64,000 bases of DNA, taken from positions 312,728,001-312,792,000 of the forward strand of contig OZ024741.1 in NCBI GenBank assembly GCA_964016885.1, given 5' to 3'. This document shows, in pieces, positions 1-12,353 of the stretch (position 1 is the stretch's first letter; every line of letters starts with the position of its first letter). Both the position numbers and the translations under genes were made by a program. Under the pieces are notes generated by a model that was not told the DNA's origin, did no database searches, and worked only from the letters and a program-made list of their open reading frames with translations. This DNA is from Eledone cirrhosa (lineage: Eukaryota).

Positions 1-202
1 GTATATTACGTCATTATGTGAAGCGAGAAGAACCCATTCTTGCTATAGAAAAAAACTGCCTATGTTTGTTACGAAAAAATCAGGAGATTAACATTTTATT
101 GAGAATAGCCGAATGATTTCCAGCTACCATATATGGAAAATGATGTTAATAAAAGTAAAATGGTTAAAGATAAATATATAGATATAGATAATTATACATA
201 AA

Positions 203-287
203 TGTGTGTGTGTGCGTGTATGTGTATGTGTGTATGTGTGTGTGTGTGCGTGTATATGTGCGTGTGTTTTTCTGTGTGTGTGTGTGT
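203..287. repeat. Imperfect (TG)n microsatellite
   Basis: Directly visible tgtgtgtg/tgcgtg/tatgtg run. Confidence 0.9.
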
Positions 288-649
288 AAACCAGAGTTCG
301 AATCAGTGACGCGAAACACGATTATCACTGACAACGAACGTGCAGAGAGAATCCCTTATGGTTGATTCCCAACGTGCTAGAAATATCAGTCAGGCTGTGT
401 AGCATATCCAAGATGTTTTTCTTATTCTTTGATTTTATAGAATTAGGATCAATAAACCTTCCTGAGAATACCCTCAATCCATTGCGCGTGGGACCCCATT
501 TGCTCAGAATAGAGAGAGAGGAGACGGGCTGGAGAGGCGGAGACGATGACAGTGGGAGTTTGGTTTCTCTGTATTCGGAACTGGTGTACAGGTGTGTGTA
601 ATTTTACACTATTAAACTAAAGAATAATTACCCCTATAGACAGGTTACA
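285..649 (+). mobile_element. Possible solo LTR (~365 bp)
   Basis: Starts TGTAAACC and ends GGTTACA (TG..CA with short inverted termini). ATTAAA at 611-616. Flanks tgtg/catg could be a CpG-decayed CGTG TSD. No internal coding sequence. Confidence 0.35.
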
Positions 650-819
650 CATGTTTCACTGACTTTGCCAAATTAACCCTGTCAAATCTTTACTCAGGCC
701 ATTAACTCTTTCTTTAGAGTTGTCCTACCAAAAAAGATTGAACAAGCATAACCATTCCAAGATGGTGAATCTGTAAGTATATATTGCTCTACTTACGTTT
801 CGATGTCAGTTTTCGTTAA

Positions 820-896
820 TGTGTGATGCGCCTAGGAACCAACCAAACAACCATCCAACCACCAAACAAATATCTCTCTTTTATATTATGTATAGA
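820..896 (-). mobile_element. Possible 5' terminus of a non-autonomous Helitron-like element
   Basis: Minus strand reads A|TCTATACATAATATAAAAGAGAGATATTTGTTTGGTGGTTGG, i.e. TC start after A followed by a (TTGG)/(TTTG)-like tract, the layout I recall for small animal Helitrons. No 3' CTAG end identified. Confidence 0.3.
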
Positions 897-1339
897 TTAC
901 TAAACTATTCGTTTGTCTCTGTTCTTTTCTTGCTTTCTATATATATACATCCTTTATTTTTTTTTGTTTTTTTTTAAATATTTACGTGTGTATATATATC
1001 TATGTACGTGTGTATCTCCATATGTGTGCGAGAGCATATACGTATACGTGTACGTATACATATATTTTTTTTTATGTTATACTTTTTATATATTCTAATA
1101 TTATATTTTTTATATATTCCTTCAACCTCAACCCTTTATTTTATTGTTATTAACTCTTTCGTTTTTTAGTTTTATTTTATTTTCATTTTTATTTTAATTC
1201 TTATCTTATTAGTATTCTTAATTTTTCCATGTTCCACCTTTCAGTTTACGGTCTATCTATACCGTAGCATCATTACCAGCATGACAACCATTATTAAAAT
1301 CATTGTGCCATCTGTAATGTTTTTCTTCATGTTAGCTCT

Positions 1340-1454
1340 TATTATTTATTGTTATTCATATTGTTTTCACGTTGTATATGTAAACCCCCGCTGTCACAGT
1401 GTTTTGTATTGTCCCCTATATGTCGGACCTTATGGCCAATAAATATGATCATTA
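1340..1454 (+). mobile_element. 3' UTR fragment of a Tx1-D-like retrotransposon
   Basis: tgtaaacccccg...ttgtattgtcccctatatgtcggaccttatggccaataaatatgatcatta aligns by eye to the Tx1-D 3' end at 58249-58322. Confidence 0.75.
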
Positions 1455-1503
1455 TAATAATAATAATAATAATAATATTAATAATAATAATAATAATAAT
1501 AAT
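1455..1503. repeat. (TAA)n microsatellite, left edge of the array
   Basis: Directly visible. Confidence 0.95.
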
Positions 1504-1688
1504 TGTTTCTACTTTAGGCACAAGGCCAGCAATTACCCAGTGCATTATTGGTACTTTATTTTATCGACCCCGTAAAGATGAAAGGCAAAGTCAACCTCGG
1601 CGGGATTTGAACTCAGATCGTAAAGGGACGTAACTATGCTGGAAAGCAAGGCGCCCGACCCTCTACCGATACTGCCAATCCACCGGCC
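1503..1688 (-). mobile_element. tRNA-derived SINE, copy 1
   Basis: Minus strand has A box TGGCAGTATCGG, B box GAGTTCAAATCC, central GCCTTTCATC...GGGGTCGATAAAATAAAGTACC and tail GGCCTTGTGCCTAAAGTAGAAACA(ATT)n. Four copies in the window. Confidence 0.9.
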
Positions 1689-1740
<52 letters not shown>

Positions 1741-1746
1741 AATAAA
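1689..1746. repeat. (TAA)n grading into (TAAA)n
   Basis: Directly visible. Confidence 0.95.
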
Positions 1747-4184
1747 CAACAAACAAGAAAGATCAGAGTCCTGGTGGAAGAAACGACTGAATGGTCAAAT
1801 CAGGGAAATGAGAAATGACATTGGAAAGCTTGAGTCCCTACTGAATGGGACACTAAAAAACATAGACACTAAAAATAGACTGGAAATAAAGTACAAAACT
1901 AGGAGGAAAAAGCTAAATATTATCATAGAGGAACTGAAGCAACGCATTGTAGCAAAGAGTGCAAAAATTAGGCGATACGAGAGCAGAGTCAGTCAGTATA
2001 GACAGAACCGCATGTTTGAAAACAACCAGAAGATGCTGTTTGGACAGCTTGAAGGGAAATAAAGAGGCAACAACTTGATCCCTGAGGCGGAACAAACTAA
2101 AACATTCTGGAGAGGAATATGGGAGCAGGATGTTAAACATAATGACCAGGCAGTGTGGATTGAGAGTATACAGAAGGAGATTAGTGAACAGGCACACCAA
2201 CAAACTGATTTGAGTATCACAGTTGAAACTATTAAGGGGCAGGCCAAAAAACTAACCCACTGGATATCACCAGGCCCAGATGGTGTGCAGGGGTATTGGA
2301 TTAAAAATATAACATCCCTCCACCCGAAACTGACAACCAAGTTCAATGACTGCTTCATGTCAGGTGAGGTACCAGAGTGGTTGACAAAAGGTACCACAGT
2401 TCTGATAATGAAAGACCGAATCAAGGGTAATGATGTTACCAACTATAGACCTATCACATGTCTGTCTGTAATGTGGAAACTGTTGACAAGCATTATGTCT
2501 GAAGAAATCTACCATCACCTCCACACAAACAAATTGTTACCGGACGAACAGAAAGGATGCCGAAAGAAGTCCCGTGGTACAAAGGACCAGTTACTTATTG
2601 TAGGGATGGTAATGAGTAATTGCAAGATGAGACACACACGTCTTGCCATGGGATGGATAGACTACAAAAGTATGAAGTCCGGGGAAACAGAGTTAACATC
2701 AGCTGGAGAATCCTTGGGAGGCGTGAAGATCAAGAGAGGTATCTTCCAAGGAGATAGTCTGTTCCCTCTGTTGTTTGTCCTTTATCTGATGCCCCTAATC
2801 AGTATACTGCGAAAAGTGAGAGCAGGATACAAGCTGGGAAAGGGAGTGCTTACCATCATTCACCTCCACTTCATGGGCGATCTTAAGCTTTTCGGGAAGA
2901 GTGAGAAGGAGTTGGATGTGCTTCTTGACACTGTCCGTATTTTCAGCAATGATATATGTATGCAATTTGGTATTAGTAAGTGTGGAGTCATTGTGATGAA
3001 GAGAGGGTAAATTGAGCAGAAGTAACGGAATCCAGGTACCAACAGGTGAGATGATAAAGGAAATTGACACCTAAGAAGGATACAAGCATTTGGGTGTTCT
3101 GGAGGCTGATGACATCAAGAACAAAAAAAATGAAGGAATTGTTAAGAACTGAATACATTCGAAGAATAAGGAGCGTAATAAAGTCACATCTGAACAGTAG
3201 GAATGCCATAAGTGCAGTACATTCCCGAGCTGTGTCTATTATTTGGTACAGTGCGGGAATTCGGAGATGGAATGTTGCTGAACAAAAAGAAATGGATAGG
3301 AAGACTAGGGAGCTATTGACTATCTACAACATGTTCCACAAGAGGAGTGATGTCGATAGACTCTACTTAAGGAGATCTGAAGGTGGAAGAGGTCTTATCA
3401 GCATAGAGGACTGTGTTCAGATGGAGAAAAACAACCTACACAAATACGTGACTGATAGTAAGGAGCCAATGCTCAGAACTGTACTGAAGGAGGGGACAAT
3501 AGGCCAGGGGATGTCCAAGGAGGAATTAACAACAAGGAGGAAGAGCAGCTTTCATGAAATATCCCTTCATTGTACCTTCTTTGAGAAAACTGAATTCAGA
3601 GATCCACAGACATGCAACTGGTTGAAAAGAGGAGACCTTAAAAAGCTACAGAAGGAATGCTAATGGCAGCGCAAGAGCAGGCCCTCAACACGAAGTGGTT
3701 GAAACACCATATTTACAAGGAGGAGGCTAGCCCACAGTGCAGGATCTGTGGAGAGAGAGAGGAGACTGTGGGTACCATTGTATCCGAGTGGAAACACCTA
3801 GCCCAGACTCACTATAAGGGCTGAATACATGATGTGATGGGCAGGATGATCCACTGGCACCTATGCAAAGTAAACAATTTACCACATTCTGAGAAGTGGT
3901 ATGATATAAGCCAGAGTCGGTGATAGAAAACGATCAGATGAAGGTGCTGTGGGATTTTAGGATACAGACGGACAAGAAACTGGAACACAATAGACCTGAC
4001 GTGGTGGTTTTGGACAAGGAAAACAGATCGTGCCTGATTGTGGATGTGGCCTGCACATTCGACACGAGATTACAAGAGAAGGAGAGGGAGAAAATTAACC
4101 GATACCAAGACTTAAAGTGGGAGGTAAAAAGGATTTGGAACTGCCATGAAGTCAAATTGGTCCCGATTGTCATAGGCGCACTAG
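1747..4184 (+). mobile_element. R4/Dong-like non-LTR retrotransposon family A, 5'-truncated, degenerate
   Basis: ORF fragments with SPGPDG, NYRPITCL, GIFQGDSL, FMGDLKL (RT), a degenerate CCHC knuckle and HNRPDVVVLDKENRSCLIVDVAC (RLE). Stops, frameshifts and a ~100-bp deletion near 2670. Confidence 0.9.
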
Positions 4185-4412
4185 GAGGCAGAGGGCGGGA
4201 AATCCTCACGATGGACTCAGCTGATAGTCGGATCCGTTCTACACGCGACAGCAGGTGTTCGACATAAACCCAGAAGTCAGCAATGCTCGGACACTGGACG
4301 ATGCATGCAGGGTGGGTTCATCGACCTGCGTGCATCTCGGACATGCCCGGCTCACGGCAACTCCATGCCTGTAGAGTTTATCCCGAACTGACAAAGCTCC
4401 TCGGTAGTACTG
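4185..4412 (-). mobile_element. Internal Tx1-A ORF2 fragment (zf-RVT region), antisense within Dong-A
   Basis: Reverse complement matches ~27105-27335 (ALPVRDKLYRHG...CPRC...HALVQC region). Confidence 0.85.
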
Positions 4413-5114
4413 AAAGACCGAATCAAGAGTAATGATGTTACCAACTATAAACCTATCCCATGTCTGTCCGTAATGTGGAAACTGTTAACGAGCATTGTGT
4501 CTGAGGAAATCAACCATCACCTCCACATACATGTAACTGGTTAAAAAGAGGAGACCTTAAAAAGGCTACAGAAGGAATGCTAATGGCAGCGCAAGAGCAG
4601 GCCCTCAGAACGAAGTGGATGAAACACCATATTTACAAGGAGGAGCATAAGCCAGAGTCGGTGATAGAAAACGATAAGGTGAAGGTGCTTTTAGGATACA
4701 GACGGACAAGAAACTGGAACACAATAGGCCTGACCTGGTGGTTTTGGACAAGGAAAAAAGATCGCGCCTGATTGTAGATGTAGCCTGCCCATTTGACACG
4801 AGAGTGCAAGAAAAGGGGAGGGAGAAAATTAACCGATACCAGGACATAAAGTGGGAGGTAAAAAGGATTTGGAACTGACATGAGGTGAAGGTCGTCCCGA
4901 TTATCATAGGCACACTAGGTACTAACTCAAAGAGTTTCCAAGGATGGTTAAAGAAGATTAGTCCAGCCCCGCTTTTTGGAACACTTCAAAAGGCATGCTG
5001 GGATCTGCAAGAACCCTCCGATACGTCCTGATTATCTGAGGCTGCAGGTAGTGGGTTGATATTCATTTCAACAAACTTTCCAGTTAAATATCATCAATGA
5101 AAGAGACTCAAAGA
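4411..5114 (+). mobile_element. Multiply deleted Dong-A copy with 3' end
   Basis: Consecutive blocks match 2409-2527, ~3610-3725 and ~3905-4185, followed by the 3' UTR ending gagactcaaaga and a TAA tract. Confidence 0.85.
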
Positions 5115-5150
5115 ATAATGATAATAATAACAATAATAATAATAATAGTA

Positions 5151-5232
5151 AGGTAAAAAGAATTTGGAACTGCCATGAAGTCATTTCAACAAACTTTCCA
5201 GTTAACTAACATCAATGACTGAGACTCAAAGA

Positions 5233-5233
<1 letters not shown>
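5151..5233 (+). mobile_element. Miniature Dong-A remnant between TAA tracts
   Basis: aggtaaaaagaatttggaactgccatgaagtca is fused to tttcaacaaac...gagactcaaagaac at a TCA microhomology. Confidence 0.8.
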
Positions 5234-5269
<36 letters not shown>

Positions 5270-6066
5270 GAAGAAGAAGAATAAGGGAAGAAGACGCACG
5301 TGGTGGATAGAAGGTCATGAAATCGCTCCCGTAAGCTTTTGATTTTTAACATATTTAAATCAATTGTGAAATAACAATTCTTAGTAGAAATGATACATAA
5401 ATCACCATATACAAGTTTCAGAAAAAATTGAATCCAGAATATATTGTTATATCGCTCAAATATTCAATTTTGTATTATACATTTTATATTCAAAAAAGAA
5501 AATGGTTATACATGGAAGAAAACCCCCTCTGTTTACACTAAGTTTTAACAAAATGTTTAATTCCAATATTAAGAAAAATGTGTCAACACATATATTAAAT
5601 ATACGCGACAAACGCATAGATACACATATCAAACAAAACTACAGTCTATTCAACAAAACTCAGTAACGACAACGCCATCACTATAGTCACCGCCGCCACC
5701 AATCCATTCATCATTGCTACCACTATCCCATCACCGCCGCCACCACTCCTTCATTGCTACCACCACTATTCCCCCATTACCTTCTGTTAACTTAAGAAAG
5801 GGGAAGGTGGCGGTATCACTAGACAAGGGAGAGGCTAGCAAAAGATATAAATAGATTGACATAGTGACCCGGCCACCGGCCAAACGTCACGACTATGGCA
5901 CTGCTGGCTCCCCCCTTCCCCACCAACACTATAAAAAGCCCCAGCACCACCACCGACATAGCCAACAACAATAACAGGCAACTTCAGCAAAAAGTATATT
6001 ATATTATTAATACATTCATTCTTAAGCCACGCAATGCTCACGTTAAGGAACCACTCATGATAATAA

Positions 6067-9000
6067 CAATTTAAAAACAACAAAAAAGAAAACCCCATGA
6101 CCAAGAAATACCGGGATGGTGGCCGGCGGGGAATAGCCATGTCTCTATGGGAGGACGACATCTCTAATCTTGGTTGACACTCGTCCTAGAAGTGGTAACA
6201 CGAACAGATTACCCCTTGTCGGATAAGGATAAATCGCGACAAAATAAAGTAAATGTCTAATGATAAAATCTCATACCGGATCGGCCGTCACCCGGTTCAA
6301 AAAGGGCCGCGTCCCTCAGAGAGGAACCAGACTGGGGTCTAAAAATCAGCTAATGGTTCAAACCTTCCCATCACTTCGGAGCTGGAGACCTCCCATGACC
6401 GGAATACTCCTACTGTTGGCCCTCCATGCTCACCACCAAGAAATCCAAAGAAAAAGAGAGAAAAATGGTCAAGGGAAGATAATAAAGAAGTCATTGAGGC
6501 TTTCTACACTGCCATGTACTACCCATCAAATACATCGAATACAGAACAGACATATATCAACTGGAAAAAGAAACAACCCTAAAACAGAGGCTATATTGAC
6601 AGTAACAAACTAGCCAATATACGAAGAAATATTGTAAAAAAAAGTTACTAACTGATATAGAAATTGATCAGATCAAGCTATTAGCACAAAGTCAGCGAAG
6701 GAAAAATTAAACATGTGTCAGTGAAAACGAGGTAAATTGTAACACTTTGAATCCCAGGGTTGGGGTGGAACCACTGGCAACAGAACAAATTAAAGAAAGG
6801 ATCGAAAAAGTGGAGGGAGTGCATACTCAAGATGAAAATCCAAATGAAAACAATGAAACCGTAAATGATAAAGAAATGAATGAGAATGAACTTGCCAACT
6901 TGAAGGATGAAATTATGATCGAATGGATGAAAATGAAAGAATCTGACATGGGGGAACGAGACACCCTCCCTAAGATCCAGAACTCCAAACAGGACCAGGA
7001 GATAATACATAAGACTAACATAATTCTCAAAAACATTATCATCACAAACAAACTAAACATTACTAATTTAAATTATCTCTATTATGCATCGGCTAAAGTC
7101 ACCACTCACTTATGTGGAGTGAAGATGAAATAACAAAGGAATTCCCACAAGAAATCTACTTGGTAAGAGAACATCAATCGCCAAATAAACCTTCTCCGAT
7201 CTGACACAGAAATGTTAACAGACTATAAAGTAGGGGAAGATGTTAAACAAACTAAACTTAGAAAATTGAAAAGAAAGTACAGTATAAAATCAACAAGTGA
7301 CATAGACAGGCTGAGAGAAATAATCAAGCAAAAAGTGTCGTCCAAAGCTGCTCGTATAAGACGCTTTGAAAAACGATCTAGATTCTATAAGGACAATAAT
7401 ATGTTCAAAAACAACCAAAGAAACTTCTACAGAAAAATTGGTAAGTCAACAATAACTGCTAAATCAATACCACCCAAGGAGGAAGTGCAATAATTCTGGG
7501 AAAAGATCTGGGCCGAAGAAAAAGTTCATAACATACATACCCCATGGATAGACAGACAAATGAAAGATACAGCTCACCTTGAGGAACAAATATGGGAAAA
7601 TATAACAGTTGAACAGTTGCGTTTGGCTCTAACAAAAACCAGCAAATGGAAAGCATTTTTTGGATAAAAGCATTTTTTGGATAAATGCCTTCACAGAGTC
7701 TCATGAACTGTTAGCCCAACTTTACAATGAAATAGTTAAGGAGCCAGAAAAGATACCATCATGACTAGTTAACGGCATTACATTCCTGCTTCCGAAGAAT
7801 GATGAGACAAACAATCCCAAAAGTTACAGACCGATAGCTTGATTGACCACAATGTATGAAATGTTAACATCAGTCCTAAATGAATATACATATGACCACC
7901 TGATAACAATTGACCTATTTCCCATTGAGCAGAAAGGGTGTAAACGAGGCTCATATGACTGTAAGGATCAGCTTTTGGTTAACAAAATGATACTGGAATA
8001 TTGTCATAATAGACACAAAAATCTATCGATTGCTTGGATAGATTATAAAAAAGCATTCGATAGTTTGCCACACAGTTGGATTGAAAAATGTTTAGAGATT
8101 TTCAAAATATCTCCCGTTGTCAGGCGGTTTTTCTCATTCAGTATGAAGACATGGAAAACGACATTCCTTTTGAATAGTGAAACAAAATCACTGGAAGCTG
8201 GAGAAGTTAATATTAATTGTGGAATTTTTCAGGGTGACTCTTTATCACCGCTTTTATTCTGCATCGCATTTATACCATTAAGTAAAATGCTCAATGAAAC
8301 AAAACATGGATATAAAGTATATGTCAAAACCATTAATCACTTGTTCTACATGGATGACCTGAAACTATTTGCAAATAATGATGAACAACAAGGGCTATTA
8401 TCCACTGTGGAGCAGTTCAGTGATGGAGTTTGGACAAGATAAATGCGCCAAAGCAACGTTCACCAGAAGAAAGCTGCTGAAATGTTAACACATTAATCTT
8501 GATCGGGGGAATGTGATAAGAGAACTTGATCAAGAAACTTACAACTTGATCAAGAAACTTACAAATATCTAGGTGTTTGTGAAGGAGACGGAATCAAGCA
8601 CTCGACAATGAGGGAAAGGATAAGGAAGGAATGTTACCGCAGAGTAAGAGCAATCTTAAGAACGGAATTGAATGCAAGGAATAGGATCGATGCCATAAAC
8701 ACGCTTGCCATTCCAGTAGTAACCTACAGTTACAATGTCATCAACTGGTCAAGCACAGAGATCCGTAGCAATTGGATTATCTACATATCTAAGGGAATCC
8801 CATGATTGGATGATCAAACTCGTTTTGAAACACGAAAGCATCAAAAGATCATACTCCATTACAAAAGATGCACAAAGATACAGCAATGGACTATAAATTT
8901 CAGAAGTCCCATTTACTGCTGAAATGGAAAACACAGAAAAAGCAAAGCAGGTAAAAGTAACTGCAAAGAAAGAACTGCTACAGATACTGGCTACGAAATG

Positions 9001-9746
9001 GCAAGAAAAGACTCTGCATGGAAAATACCCAGAAAGAGCTAACAATCCTGATGTTGACAAAACTTTAACCCATCAGTGGTTGGCATCCTCTGGACTGAAA
9101 TCGGAGACTGAAGGACTGATTATATCAGCACAAGATCATTGTCTGTCAACAAAAAATTACCAAGCCAACATAATAAAAAATGGATGCAACCTATTATGCC
9201 GTGTATGTAAAAAATAACCAGAGACCATTGATCATATAATTTCAATGTGCAGTCCTATAGCTCCAACCGAATACCTAAACAGGCATGACAGAGCTGCACA
9301 ATACATACATTGGATAATGTGTAAGCATTTTGACCTGCCCCATCAAAAGAATTGGTGGGAGCATCAACCACCTCCCATACTTGAAAAAGATCACATCTCA
9401 ATCTTGTGGAACTTCAGCATCCAAACAGCCCGAAAAATAGAGGCAAATAGACCTGATATAATACTGAAGGACTTTAAAAAGAGGGTATGCCTGATAATTG
9501 ATATGTCCGTTCGAATAGACAAGAATGTATCTATAAAAACATTTGAAAAATTGAGCAAGTATAAGGATCGGGAGATAGCAATTGGAAATATGTGGAAATT
9601 GAGAACTAAAATATACCAGTGGTTGTGGGCGCTATAGGAATAATAACTAAGGGGTCTAATGATTACATTACATGGCGGAACTTGTTGTCTCTTGAGGTTA
9701 CAGGTTGTGATAACTCGTATAAATATAAAGCAGGATAAATGCAACT
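6067..9746 (+). mobile_element. R4/Dong-like family B, near full-length, degenerate
   Basis: ATG at 6260, Myb-like REKWSREDNKEVIEAFY, RT (WIDYKKAFDS, GIFQGDSLSP, YMDDLKL), CRVC..H..C, ANRPDIILKD RLE, 3' end gataaatgcaact(ATA)n. 5' boundary approximate. Confidence 0.9.
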
Positions 9747-9768
9747 ATAATAATAATAATAATAATAA

Positions 9769-9928
9769 TTGTTTCTACTTTTTGGCACAAGGCCAGCAAT
9801 TATCCAGTGTATTACTGGTACTTTATTTTATCGACCTCGGCGGGATTTGAACTCAGATCGTAAAGGGACGTAACTATGCTGGAAAGCATGGTTTCCGACC
9901 CTCTACCGATACTGCCAATCCAACGCCC
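9769..9928 (-). mobile_element. tRNA-derived SINE, copy 2 (internal deletion)
   Basis: Same sequence as 1503-1688 but lacking ~27 bp of the central domain. Flanked by TAA tracts. Confidence 0.9.
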
Positions 9929-9945
9929 TAATAATAATAATAATG

Positions 9946-11547
9946 ATTTCTTTATTGGCCAAAAGGGCTGACATCAAGAAAAATCATTACATACGGCACA
10001 GGACGGGACGATGTGGGTTTTGTGCGTGTAAATATTTTTATTATTTATATAAGAAAAGAAAAAAAGACATATATATATATAAACAATAAAAATGAAAATT
10101 GAAAAATGAAAAATTCCCGAATATGGGGGAAACCTCCGAGGGTTACTCGTGGCGAAAATCACACAAAAGACCACGGCCACCCTGACCATCAGGTCGAGCG
10201 CCCTCTCTCAATTTTTCCATTTCTCAAACTACAGACGTATATTCAGAGCGGTCCCGTTCACTCGTACCATTCTTGCTACATTCACCCACCTTTCAACAAA
10301 CTTGCTAGAAATCAGCAGTTGCCTCTCCACCCTGATTTTCCTCTTCAAGTGAAACTTGAAAAAGTTAATTAGGGATTCGCCGAAGAGGAAAGTGTATGTC
10401 TTTAACCCTTTCAACCTTGTCCACCACACAATCTCTTTCGCCATGGCCACCAGGCAGATGAAAACCGCCTGCCCTTCCTCCTCGAAGGAAGACGGCGAGA
10501 CCATCTGCACAATGGGTCAGTCGATAACCGGATCAGTCCTGCACGCGACAGCAGCTGTTCGACATAGCTCCACAAGTCAGCAATGCTCGGGCACTGAACG
10601 AGTGCGTGCACGAAGGTTTCTTCGCTCTGCGCGCATCTCTGACAGGCTCGGCTAACGGCACTCCCGTGCCTGTAGAGCTTATCTCGAACCGGCAGCGCTC
10701 CCTGGTAGCACTGCCAGGCCAGGGATATTTGGAAGTTATCCATAGGCCCTGGGCTGAAAGTTCTCCGGAAGAGAGCAAACAGCTGATCTTCTTCGACGCC
10801 CAGGATCTCTCCGAGAACGTCGTCGTTCTTCCCCTCCACTAGTCCTCTATAGAACGCCGAGGTGGATGTTCCACCGATACTGGTGCCCAGCTGGCAGAGG
10901 GCAGTGAGCGCCTGGAGACATTCCAGTTTCCAAGCGCTATCCCTCGGTCTTTATCTGACCCAGGGCTGCAGCTCCGTCAATGAGACCAGCTGTGGGAAAA
11001 CGTACCTGGCGAACGGCGACCACACCGGTCAAGGAAGCACCAGAGATGTCGCGGCCTCAGCGCATGTTTGCGCATCATCAGCCATGGCATGCCCAATCCT
11101 CCACGCAAGGGGTGCTGACAGCAGATGGAATGTCTGACCATGGGAGCGCGTCCCTTCCACAAAAAAGCGGAAGAGGAAGCGCTCCATTTTGGTGAGAGTT
11201 GGGCCGGTGAGGCGGTAGCAGATGACGGATGCGATGTACGCATTCGCCAATTCCTCCCGCCCTTTCAGGGAGAGCTTCCTCTCGGCCCATTTCTGGGTGA
11301 GGGAGGCCACCTTGTTCGTCACCTCGTTCCACTTTTTCTCCATCTGGAGATCCGGTCCGAACCAGACCCCGAGCAATTTAACTGGTCCGTCCGTCCAACG
11401 CCCCACGATGCTGTCGGACGGCATGGACTTGCCTCTCCAGGTGCCGAGCTGCAAGCCCACCGAGTTTTCCTGGTTTATCTTTGCTCCTGTCACCACTTCC
11501 TATTCCTTGAGAGCGGTTCCGAGCAACTGGACGTGTCTGGTGCTCGA
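9946..11547 (-). mobile_element. Tx1-B retrotransposon, 5'-truncated
   Basis: RT C-terminal half (KINQENSVG, KLLGVWFG), LPVRDKL..C..C..H...C zf-RVT, 3' UTR ending ttggccaataaagaaatc(ATT)n. Confidence 0.9.
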
Positions 11548-11552
11548 TTTAA

Positions 11553-11722
11553 TTATTGGCCACAATATGCTGACATCAATAAAAAACATTACAGACGGCA
11601 CACGACGGCGCAGGATGGTACGATGAGGGTTTTGTGCGTGTAAATATTTTTATTAATTATTAAAGAAAAGAAAAAAAGACATAGAAACATATATATATAT
11701 ATAAACAATAAAAATGAAAATT
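11553..11722 (-). mobile_element. Tx1-B 3' UTR fragment
   Basis: Near copy of 9952-10100. Confidence 0.85.
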
Positions 11723-11844
11723 TGTGGTTAATAAAGAATTTTAATTTATTTTACACCTTTCTGTCCTTTATGACCTTTTTACACGGCCAAAACACACTTT
11801 GTATCATCCTGTGTCGTCTGTAATATTTTTCTTCGTGTTAGCGC

Positions 11845-12337
11845 CGAGGAGGAAGGGCAGGCGGTTTTCATCTGCCTGGTGGCCACGGCGAAAGAGATTG
11901 TGTGGTGGACAAGATTGAAAGGGTTAAAGACAGGCACTTTCCTCTTCGGCGAATCCCTGATTAACTTTTTCAAGTTTCACTTGAAGAGGAAAATCAGGGT
12001 GAAGAGGCAAGTGCTGTCTTCTAGCAAGTTTGTTGAAAGGTGGGTGAATGTAGCGAGAATAGTCCGAGTGAACGGGACCGCTCTGAACATACGCTTGTAG
12101 TTTGAGGAATGGGAAAAATTGAGAGTGGGCGCCTGCCCTGGTGGTCAGGGTGGCCATGGATTTTGTGTGGTTTTCATATATATATATGTTTCTATGTATT
12201 TTTTCTTTTTCGTTTCTTATATAAATAATAAAAATCTTTACACTCACAACACCCACATCGTACCGTCCTGTACCGTCCTGTGACGTCTGTAATGTTTTTT
12301 TTTTTTATGTCATTCTTTGTGGCCAATAAAGAAATCA
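11845..12337 (+). mobile_element. Tx1-B 3' end
   Basis: KEIVWWTRLKGLKT...NGTALNIRL* followed by 3' UTR and tgtggccaataaagaaatc(ATT)n. Confidence 0.9.
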
Positions 12338-12353
12338 TTATTATTATTATTAT

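Noticed and set aside
1342-1633. ORFs with poly-Ile/Asn/Leu/Tyr runs (also near 15886, 27620, 33723, 43277)
   Set aside because: These are translations of TAA/TTA microsatellites, not proteins.
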